Of a stretch of DNA of 64,000 nt, positions 55,530 to 63,028 are shown piece after piece (the stretch's first letter is position 1; the number at the start of each line of letters is the position of its first letter). Origin of the DNA: Nitrospirota bacterium (lineage in GTDB: Bacteria > Nitrospirota > Thermodesulfovibrionia > Thermodesulfovibrionales > Dissulfurispiraceae); assembly GCA_040758355.1 (NCBI GenBank), contig JBFLWF010000010.1, forward strand, positions 1,776 through 65,775. Reading direction: 5' to 3'. A program made the translations under genes and the position numbers. The notes under the pieces were generated by a model. The model was not told the origin of the DNA and searched no databases. It worked only from the letters and a program-made list of their open reading frames with translations.

Positions 55530-56854
55530 TTCCCCTCCTGACTGCTGACTGCTGTTATCGCCTCAACCCTTGCTATTGCCTTTTCCCTTTCGACGAACTG
55601 ATTCCAATAGAGGGTCTCAAGCTCGATAAGGGATTTCAGCCTCGATATAACTGTAATGGCCTCAACCCTTCCGGTGACATATCCTGAAAGGGCTGATTCA
55701 AAATCCTGATATGTCTTTGGGATTAATCCGTTTTTATATAATTCCATTAATTTTTCTGCTGTCCTGAGCATGGAGTAATTGTCCCTGATTGCCGAAGACA
55801 ACATTATCTTGGTTGATTCAAGTTCATGCCTTGCCTCTGACAAGGATGCCCCTGCCTCATTGACTGCCTGTTTCTGTTTTGTCTTATAAAAGATCGGGAT
55901 ATTGATAGTAGTTGTAATACTCCACATATCGGGTACTTCTTTATTTCTTAAAAAATAGCTGCCGTTGATTGTAAAGTCAGGATAGTATTCCTTTTTGGCC
56001 ATTTGAACCTTTGCCTCTGCCCCTGCAACCATCTTCTCTTTGACCCTTATCTCAGGGGAATTTGCATATGCCGTATTAATTAACCCCTCCATGTTTTGCG
56101 TGAATGCGGTGTATGACAGTTCGGCAGGCCTGCCGAGGGGCGAGCTGACATCCCTGCCTATAGTGGTATTAAGCATCGCTTCTATGGATTGTATTTTCTG
56201 TCCGAGCATCTCCTCTTTCTCAAGGAGCATATACTTTTCTGTCTGGGCCATTAATACCTCTTGCTGTGAGGCCATACCTGCTGAATATCGTGAAAGTGCT
56301 GCATCCTCTATCCTTGAAAAGAGATTGGTTCTGTCTTTGATAAGGTCAATATTCTTATATGCAAGAAACAGCTCATAATAAAACTCCTTGACACGTGCTG
56401 TGGTCCTTAACCGGATGACTTCGGAGAATGCCTTTTGGCTTTCAGCATCCCATGAAGCCATTTCGCCTTTCAGAGATAATTTCCCCGGGAAAGGGAATGT
56501 TTGAGAAGCTGAGAACATCCACTGAGAATCCGGGGAGTCAGAGAAGTTATAGAGCTTCCTGAAACCTTCATTCTGATAGCCGAACATGAGCATTGGGTCG
56601 GGAAGGCTCTTTGCCTGCGGTATTCTGAATTTCGAGGCATTTATTTTTGCTTCGGCAACAAGGATTTCATGATTGTTTTTCAATGCCTCGTCGATTAGGC
56701 TCTGAAGATTTAATTCCTCGGCAAAGGCAAATGAAGCTGACAGCTGACAGCCGACAGCTATCAGCAAAAGACAAATCGTACTAATACGTTTTATCTTTCT
56801 ACTGATAGCTGAACGCTGATTGCTTAAAGCTGCCTTTTTACCTTGCATCCACAT
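55526..56854 (-). CDS. TolC-family outer membrane efflux protein (CusC-like)
   Basis: 442 aa with the two-repeat OEP architecture (LQSLIDEALKNNHEILVAEAKI... / ...INTAYANSPEIRVKEKMV...). The signal region is built from heptamer arrays. Confidence 0.85.
   Translation of the reverse strand: MWMQGKKAALSNQRSAISRKIKRISTICLLLIAVGCQLSASFAFAEELNLQSLIDEALKNNHEILVAEAKINASKFRIPQAKSLPDPMLMFGYQNEGFRKLYNFSDSPDSQWMFSASQTFPFPGKLSLKGEMASWDAESQKAFSEVIRLRTTARVKEFYYELFLAYKNIDLIKDRTNLFSRIEDAALSRYSAGMASQQEVLMAQTEKYMLLEKEEMLGQKIQSIEAMLNTTIGRDVSSPLGRPAELSYTAFTQNMEGLINTAYANSPEIRVKEKMVAGAEAKVQMAKKEYYPDFTINGSYFLRNKEVPDMWSITTTINIPIFYKTKQKQAVNEAGASLSEARHELESTKIMLSSAIRDNYSMLRTAEKLMELYKNGLIPKTYQDFESALSGYVTGRVEAITVISRLKSLIELETLYWNQFVEREKAIARVEAITAVSSQEGK
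56735..56824. repeat. Two heptamer arrays in the 5' end of the TolC-like gene
   Basis: agctgac agctgac agccgac agctatc agcaaaa (56735..56769) and ctgatagctgaacgctgattgct (56802..56824). cagctatcag and ctgatagctg are reverse complements. Confidence 0.85.
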
Positions 56855-57233
56855 TGAATTTCACTGTTGTTGTCTTGCCGCCGCGTATGATTTTTACGGC
56901 AATATTCCATGCACCAGACATGGAGAGATTCATCTTCGCCTTGTACTCGTTGCCTTTCAATTCTGCGTCGGTTTTGTAATTCATCGCAGGCATTCCGGGC
57001 ATTGCCGGCATGGAGTATTCGACCTTTACCTTTGCATCAGTGACATATTTGCCGGCAGCATCTTTGACTTCTATCTCGATATTGTTATCACCAACAACAG
57101 GCGGGTTTTTGTCGATTTTTACCTCAACATCATACTCTCCTGCTTTTTTCTTTACCTCATAATCCTTTGCATAGGCGATTCCTGCGATGAGAAGCAGGAT
57201 CAGAGTAAACACTACTAACTTTTTCATGTTCAT
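56838..57233 (-). CDS. FixH/YtkA-like periplasmic protein with Met-rich motif
   Basis: Signal peptide, then KIDKNPPVVGDNNIEIEVKDAAGKYVTDAKV...MPAMPGMPAM...GAWNIAVKI; 131 aa. Confidence 0.65.
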   Translation of the reverse strand: MNMKKLVVFTLILLLIAGIAYAKDYEVKKKAGEYDVEVKIDKNPPVVGDNNIEIEVKDAAGKYVTDAKVKVEYSMPAMPGMPAMNYKTDAELKGNEYKAKMNLSMSGAWNIAVKIIRGGKTTTVKFNVDAR

Positions 57234-57294
57234 ATCTTACCTCCTTACAGGTTAAATTTGAAGACCCATTGTTTATTTTTGCCGTGGCACATAT

Positions 57295-58020
57295 TCAGAT
57301 GCCTTCTGCATTATATTTGCCTTTAGGCAGATTCTGTTTTATTGCATCAGGGAAGACAAAGATAACGCCATCTTCAAGTTTTTGCTTTTTTATCTTCATT
57401 CTCAATTCCCAATTACCGCCTCTTTGGAAATCAAGATTCTTTATTGTGTACAGGCCGCCTTTTTGTTCGGTAACGGAGAGCGCAACGACACCACCATGGT
57501 CTGGAGGAGATGCTCCGTGTATCAGCAGATCAACATGTATCTTTGCGCCTTCCACATCTTCATCATGCGAGCCGTGTATGACAATCCCAACATCATTCTT
57601 GCCGATTTTGAATTCTTTGCCGTCCAGCAGCATTTCTACGCTGAATAAGCCTTTGTCCGTGATTTTAAAAAGGCTGTTATCGCGATGCTTTGTGAATTTG
57701 GGCTTTTCGGCTTCCATGCTGCGTCCATCCGAATGAGTATAAACGGTGCCGATATATTTCTCCGGGTCCTTTTTGAATTCTTCAAGGCACATCAGGCAGC
57801 ATAAGCTGTAGATTTTACCTTTATATTCGTATTTATATGTTTGCGCCGTTTTCTCATCGATTTTATCACCGCTTACCGGGCACATTTTTACATGTTCATG
57901 AGGGGTTGCCTGCCCGGACATTCCATTTTTCTTATTGTGGTCATGATCTTTATGTCCCTCGGCATAAACTCCTGATAGCAATAAAAGGATCGGCACAATT
58001 ATTACAATAAATTTTTTCAT
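57295..58020 (-). CDS. Secreted YHS/TRASH-domain protein fused to a FixH-like domain
   Basis: His-rich leader GHKDHDHNKK. YHS block CPVSGDKIDEKTAQTYKYEYKGKIYSLCCLMCLEEFKKDPEKY. C-terminal beta-rich FixH-like domain. Confidence 0.7.
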   Translation of the reverse strand: MKKFIVIIVPILLLLSGVYAEGHKDHDHNKKNGMSGQATPHEHVKMCPVSGDKIDEKTAQTYKYEYKGKIYSLCCLMCLEEFKKDPEKYIGTVYTHSDGRSMEAEKPKFTKHRDNSLFKITDKGLFSVEMLLDGKEFKIGKNDVGIVIHGSHDEDVEGAKIHVDLLIHGASPPDHGGVVALSVTEQKGGLYTIKNLDFQRGGNWELRMKIKKQKLEDGVIFVFPDAIKQNLPKGKYNAEGI

Positions 58021-58028
58021 AATTCCCC

Positions 58029-58427
58029 CTACCGCTTAAACTCTTTTTCAACAGTATCCCGTATCTTTTTTACGGGATAGCCTTTTTTGTAAAGCTCGAA
58101 GGCCCGCAGGGCCTCCCCGAGACAGATGTCTCACATTGCAGCATGGTTGTCAACATAGCAACTGAGGAGGCTCTTGTGCTTAAACACCGGGGACTCCTCG
58201 CACATGCAATAGCAGTATATGCTGTCCAAAACCCATGGGATTTCTTTTGCCACCTGATATGCTTTTTTAATGCGAGGGTCGCTGAACATATCTGGATTAA
58301 GGGTTGCCCTTGTCTCACCTCTCCTCAGGGATTCATCCTTCATCGGCTTTTGTGCGAATGTGTCGTTTGCCGCTGCGAATAGAATTGTTACTATAATCAG
58401 CACTAAGAATGCAGAAAACTTTTTCAT
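58029..58427 (-). CDS. CYCXC/PCYCGC-motif periplasmic protein, candidate selenoprotein (in-frame TGA at 58133..58131)
   Basis: Signal peptide and CYCMC motif. The frame continues through TGA: ...NHAAM-U-DICLGEALRAFELYKKGYPVKKIRDTVEKEFKR* (TAG 58031..58029). A SECIS-like hairpin at 58121..58095 begins 10 nt after the TGA. Confidence 0.6.
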
Positions 58428-58474
58428 TCACTTACCTCCTGTCTTTTTATTTGCAGTATGTTACGCAAATATTT

Positions 58475-58492
58475 TGAATAAATTATGAATAA
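58475..58492 (-). promoter_or_regulatory. Direct repeat TTATTCA-N4-TTATTCA (11-nt period) upstream of the selenoprotein/cus operon
   Basis: The plus strand reads tgaataa-atta-tgaataa, 48-65 nt upstream of ATG 58427. The geometry is typical of OmpR-family binding sites. Confidence 0.35.
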
Positions 58493-58498
58493 CTGCAC

Positions 58499-58534
58499 CC
58501 AAAAAAAGAGGCAGCCTTGGGGGAAAGGCTGCCT
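58499..58534 (-). terminator. Rho-independent terminator after the 104-aa secreted protein gene
   Basis: The minus strand reads aggcagcc-tttcccccaa-ggctgcct followed by cttttttt. Confidence 0.75.
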
Positions 58535-58561
58535 GAAGGAGGGGTATGAGTAAAAGGCCTG

Positions 58562-58876
58562 TTAATATATAGACCTGATTCTGCCTGTCCTGCAGTCGAG
58601 CAGTATTTTGTCAACGAGTTCTCCGTCTTTATAAACCTCTGCCTCTGCAAATCTCCCGTCCTGCTTTATCAAAACTACCCTTAGCCCCTTTTTCGAATAG
58701 TAAGATTTCAGGGCATCTGTTATCTCTTTTTGCGTAGGCTGTTTGGTGCAGTATCCGTAATCTCCACACAAAGGGCAATAAGCGCCGTATGGGGTAATTT
58801 CATCTCCTGAGCTTTTGGAGTAGGTTCCTGAAAATAAAGATGCAAACAATATAAATATGAAAACAAGCTTTATCAT
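58562..58876 (-). CDS. Small secreted protein (PepSY-like C-terminus?), function unknown
   Basis: Signal peptide MIKLVFIFILFASLFSG, then a Cys pair CPLCGDYGYC and a C-terminal AEVYKDGELVDKILLDCRTGRIRSIY. Confidence 0.5.
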   Translation of the reverse strand: MIKLVFIFILFASLFSGTYSKSSGDEITPYGAYCPLCGDYGYCTKQPTQKEITDALKSYYSKKGLRVVLIKQDGRFAEAEVYKDGELVDKILLDCRTGRIRSIY

Positions 58877-58916
58877 TGATTTAAGATAACAAGCGATATT
58901 GAAGGAATTATGAAGA

Positions 58917-59684
58917 TTAAATCCTCATATCTTTGAGGAATGGGAATCTTGAACGGATTTCTATAGCCTCTGATGGATTTATTTCTCCTAACAGGAACTC
59001 CTCTTTATCATTACCGCAGATGATGTCATTTCCTGATGGATCAAAAATATGTGATGCCCCTGAATAATGAATGCCGTTGCCGTCTGTTCCTGTACGATTA
59101 ACGCCGATTACAAAGCATTGATTCTCGATTGCCCTGGCCTTCAGCAATATCTCCCAGTGCTCTTTCCGAGAAGCAGGCCAGTTGGCAATAACAAAGATCG
59201 CCTGCACATTCTTTGCTACTTTTCTGAATACCTCCGGAAATCTCAGATCGTAACAGATGAAGATACTGGAGGGTATTCCGTCTATGTCAAAGATGACCGT
59301 ATCGCTGCCTGCAATATAATATTTATCTTCACCGGAGAAGGAGAACGGATGGATTTTTTTGTAAGCGGCAATGCGAATGCCTCTTCTGTCATAGACAACC
59401 GCTATATTCCTGCCCTTTTCTTCATCTTGCTCCTTTACAGGGAAACCCGCAATCAGATATATGCTGTATTTTTTTGCTATTTCTGACAGCACCGAATTGG
59501 TCTCTCCATTGTCATCTTCTGCAATGGCAGGGACATTCATGGAAAAGCCGGTATTGAACATCTCGGGGAAGACGATGACATCGCATTTTTCCTCTGCTGC
59601 TTTTTTTGCAAAGGACTCTGCCTTTTCGTAGTTTGTCTTCTTCGATTCCCATTCAATATTTAATTGTATTAAGGCGATTTTCAT
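58917..59684 (-). CDS. Carbon-nitrogen hydrolase (nitrilase superfamily) protein
   Basis: Catalytic triad context VIVFPEMFNTGF (Glu), AAYKKIHPF (Lys), FICYDLRFPE (Cys); 255 aa. Confidence 0.85.
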   Translation of the reverse strand: MKIALIQLNIEWESKKTNYEKAESFAKKAAEEKCDVIVFPEMFNTGFSMNVPAIAEDDNGETNSVLSEIAKKYSIYLIAGFPVKEQDEEKGRNIAVVYDRRGIRIAAYKKIHPFSFSGEDKYYIAGSDTVIFDIDGIPSSIFICYDLRFPEVFRKVAKNVQAIFVIANWPASRKEHWEILLKARAIENQCFVIGVNRTGTDGNGIHYSGASHIFDPSGNDIICGNDKEEFLLGEINPSEAIEIRSRFPFLKDMRI

Positions 59685-59687
59685 TCG

Positions 59688-61037
59688 TTAAGCACCTCTT
59701 GGGAGATAGATTCTGAATGTAGTTCCTTCATTCACCTTGCTTTCCACCTCAATCTTTCCGCCCATAACATTTACCAGTTCTTTTACGATGGCGAGTCCAA
59801 GTCCTAATCCAGCGGTTCTTGATCCTTCAATCCTGTAAAAACGGTCGAATATGTGCGGCATTTCGTTTTCCGGTATGCCTCTTCCAGAATCCCTTATTTC
59901 TATGTAAAAATCGCTTTCTTCTGTCCCGTAATCAATCCAGACACCGCCCTTTTCTGTAAATTTTAAAGAATTTGATATGATATTTCTTATTATCTTTTCC
60001 AATTTTTCTATATCGGTAACAACCATTAAGTCATCCTCTTTTGCGATAGTTATATCGAGGCGCTTTTCTTTAAATGCCGGCCTCAGTTCTTCGGATAGTT
60101 CTGATATGAATTCCTTGAGATTGACTTCTGCCACCTCCCCCTTTGTGAAGAAACTCGTCTCGGCAGTTGTGATATCCTCTATGCCCTTTATGAGTCTAAT
60201 CAGACGGTTAATCTCGCCTTTTATATTTTCCAAACCTTTCCCTGATTCGATTACTCCATCTTCTATTGCTTCTATATGAGATTTCGTTATTGTCAGCGGC
60301 GTCCTCAGTTCGTGCGCAATATTGGACATAAGACGTTTTCGCAATTCCTCCTCTTTTCGGAGTGATTCTGCCATAATGTTGAAGCTCTCGGATAACCTCC
60401 CGACTTCGTCGCCGGTTTTCGGTGTTATTGTCACATTGAAATCACCTTTTGCAATACTCTCTGCTGCTGTCTTGAGATCGGTCAAGGGTTTTGACAGATA
60501 TCGGCTGAAGAATAGGGCTATTACCAGCGAGCCTCCGCCTGCTATAAGAAATGAGACGAGGATGAAGTTTCTCGACCTCATTCTAAATACGGCTTCCTTC
60601 TCTTTTATCACATCCTTCTCAAATGGCCTCGACAGTAGCTTGCCGATGTTTTTGCCTTCGATGTAAAGAGGGTATTCTTCGTATTTGCCTTCTGTCATGT
60701 GCATGTGAAAGAGTGCTTTCATTCTGCGTTTCATGGTATCCGAAAGGGAGTCCATAACTTCCATGGATGATATAACTTCATGTCCGTCAGCATTAAGGAC
60801 TTTTATATCGAGACCCAGCATCATTGCCCAGTGTATTGATTCTGACAATGCCTTTGTATCCCATTTCCCATCAGAGTAACTGCCTTCAACCGAAGCCAGT
60901 ATCCAGTAGAACTGGTCTTCTTTCACGCCGTTCACGTAGTTGTCGAAATCTTTTATTATCAGCCATTCGAAGATAAAATTGGAAAGAAGTGCTGCAAGGA
61001 TTACAATTATGAACGCAAGAAATATTTTTGTCTTCAT
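59688..61037 (-). CDS. Sensor histidine kinase (HAMP-HisKA-HATPase; BaeS/CusS-like architecture)
   Basis: HAMP LSKPLTDLKTAAESIAKGDF, H-box IAHELRTPLT, DSGRGIP, GLGLGLAIV; 449 aa. Confidence 0.85.
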   Translation of the reverse strand: MKTKIFLAFIIVILAALLSNFIFEWLIIKDFDNYVNGVKEDQFYWILASVEGSYSDGKWDTKALSESIHWAMMLGLDIKVLNADGHEVISSMEVMDSLSDTMKRRMKALFHMHMTEGKYEEYPLYIEGKNIGKLLSRPFEKDVIKEKEAVFRMRSRNFILVSFLIAGGGSLVIALFFSRYLSKPLTDLKTAAESIAKGDFNVTITPKTGDEVGRLSESFNIMAESLRKEEELRKRLMSNIAHELRTPLTITKSHIEAIEDGVIESGKGLENIKGEINRLIRLIKGIEDITTAETSFFTKGEVAEVNLKEFISELSEELRPAFKEKRLDITIAKEDDLMVVTDIEKLEKIIRNIISNSLKFTEKGGVWIDYGTEESDFYIEIRDSGRGIPENEMPHIFDRFYRIEGSRTAGLGLGLAIVKELVNVMGGKIEVESKVNEGTTFRIYLPRGA

Positions 61038-61735
61038 TAATCCGGAATACCTATGAATTTGTAGCCCGTGCCGTATACTGTTTTTATAAACACAGGCCTC
61101 TGGGGATTGTCCTCTATTTTGTGGCGTATGTTCTTTATGTGTGCATCGATAACCCTGTCATACCCTTCAAAATCATATCCCTGAACCGCATTTACAATCT
61201 GAAGGCGTGTGAAAACAATCTGCGGCTTTTCTGCAAGGCAGAGGAGTATCTTAAACTCTGTGGATGTAAGGGGTATAATCTTTCCACCCTTTTTAACCTC
61301 CATGGAAGGAGTGTCTATGAGCAGAAGACTGTTGTTAAATGATAAGAGCTTTTTTTCGTTCTTCTTAGTTCTTCTTAGATGTGCCTTGACCCTTGCCACA
61401 AGCTCCCTCGGGCTGAATGGCTTTATGACATAATCATCGGCGCCAATGCCGAGCCCTTTTATCCTGTCATCCTCGGAGCTTTTAGCAGTGAGCATAATTA
61501 TTGGTACGTCAGAGAACTCCCTTATGGAACTGCATATGGTTTCACCGTCAATGTCCGGAAGCATCAGGTCAAGGATTATGAGGTCAAAATTATTTTTAAT
61601 CTGTTGAAGGGCATCCTGTCCTGTATTTGCTATGGTTACCTTAAAGCCATCCCTCTCAAGATATGACCCGACAATGTCAGAGATCTTTTTTTCGTCTTCT
61701 ACTATAAGAATCTTTTCGCTTGTCAATTTATTCAT
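61037..61735 (-). CDS. OmpR-family response regulator
   Basis: LIILDLMLPDIDG receiver and a winged-helix LTSTEFKILLCL...GTGYKF; 232 aa. Confidence 0.9.
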   Translation of the reverse strand: MNKLTSEKILIVEDEKKISDIVGSYLERDGFKVTIANTGQDALQQIKNNFDLIILDLMLPDIDGETICSSIREFSDVPIIMLTAKSSEDDRIKGLGIGADDYVIKPFSPRELVARVKAHLRRTKKNEKKLLSFNNSLLLIDTPSMEVKKGGKIIPLTSTEFKILLCLAEKPQIVFTRLQIVNAVQGYDFEGYDRVIDAHIKNIRHKIEDNPQRPVFIKTVYGTGYKFIGIPD

Positions 61736-62732
61736 TGGCAGGTACTCTTACGCCCCTCAGAAATTCGGCGCTCATTTCCGGTATGAGCGGATTGATATAC
61801 ATGCCCGAGCCGAGTTCAAATCCAGATGCCATTGCAACCCTCGGAACTATGCTGATATACCAGTGTATAAATTCAGAGGACGAATTGCCCGGCTTTCCAG
61901 ACCTTACTACATAGTTAAAATCCGGATGCTCCAGGCCGTAATAAAGTTTTGACATCGTTTTTTTGAGGTTTATTGCAAGGTCCCACATCTCCTCCGGTCT
62001 TATGTCAGAGAATGAGCCCGAATGCCTTTTCGGAAATATCCATATATGAAATGCGGAGAGGGCTGCATAAGGGACAAAGGATACAAAGTGTTCTGTGTTG
62101 CAGAGTATCCTGCTTCCATCGTTTATCTCGTCATTTAATGTATTGCATAAAAGACACTCTCCGGTGTCATCGAAATATCTCATAGAGTTCTCGATCCTGC
62201 CCCTTATCTGGAGAGGCGTTACAGGAACCCCGACTATCTGGGAGTGGGGATGTTCTATAGTGGTGCCTGATGCAGGGCCGTTGTTCTTGAATATAATTAC
62301 ATGCTCTATCCTGCAGTCATTGTATATCTCGACGAAGCGGTCTTTGTATGTCTGCATAACCTCTTTCAGTTGCTCGACAGGCATGGTTGCTGTAGTGAGA
62401 TTATGAGCAGGCGACTCTATAATGATCTCATGGAGACCAACACCGTTGACGTTCTTTTTCAATCCGACGTTTATTCTTTGTCTTTCGCCTTCTTTTGAAA
62501 GTACAGCGAATTTATTCGGCACGACCCTTATCTTCCATCCCTTTTCGTCGCTGATCCTGTATTGTTCATGCGGTGTTTTGGCCTCATTCCCGGGGCAGAA
62601 GGGACATGTCTCGACAAACTCCGGAAGTCTTTTGCGCTCCCTTGCGCCTATGAAATCTTCTGGCCTTTTTCCTTTTTCTCTGGCAATGATAACCCATTCC
62701 CGTGTTATCAGGTTCAGTCTAAGCTCAGGCAT
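61728..62732 (-). CDS. galT: Galactose-1-phosphate uridylyltransferase-like (HIT superfamily) nucleotidyltransferase
   Basis: Zn motif CPFCPGNE, VVPNKF, and active-site HPHSQIVG (HxHxQ); 334 aa. Confidence 0.75.
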   Translation of the reverse strand: MPELRLNLITREWVIIAREKGKRPEDFIGARERKRLPEFVETCPFCPGNEAKTPHEQYRISDEKGWKIRVVPNKFAVLSKEGERQRINVGLKKNVNGVGLHEIIIESPAHNLTTATMPVEQLKEVMQTYKDRFVEIYNDCRIEHVIIFKNNGPASGTTIEHPHSQIVGVPVTPLQIRGRIENSMRYFDDTGECLLCNTLNDEINDGSRILCNTEHFVSFVPYAALSAFHIWIFPKRHSGSFSDIRPEEMWDLAINLKKTMSKLYYGLEHPDFNYVVRSGKPGNSSSEFIHWYISIVPRVAMASGFELGSGMYINPLIPEMSAEFLRGVRVPANE

Positions 62733-62820
62733 AGCTTACCCCCCTCTCGGCTTTTATCTAATATTATCACATCTTGCATGAATCCGTAATGACCATAATC
62801 CGTAAAAAAAACATTTACAG

Positions 62821-62989
62821 AAGAAAAGCAGGCATGGCTGAAAAGCATTTATCAGCGATACCTTAGAGCCGACCCCTCCCGCTGTTTAAGGGCAACTTCA
62901 GTATCACCTTTTGCATTAAGCAGATAAACAGGCAGCAAAATAATCTCATCGCATTGATAAAGGCTTTGATGCCGTGCCTGCTTTTCTTG
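62821..62989. repeat. Long imperfect palindrome (MITE-like or structured RNA) in the galT-like / polyferredoxin spacer
   Basis: aagaaaagcaggcatggc (62821..62838) matches the reverse complement of gccgtgcctgcttttctt (62971..62988) at 17/18. The arms extend inward (aaagcatttatcagcgata vs tcatcgcattgataaaggcttt). Confidence 0.6.
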
Positions 62990-63028
62990 ATTACTGATTA
63001 TGGTAATGACATATCCTATCGTTATTCC

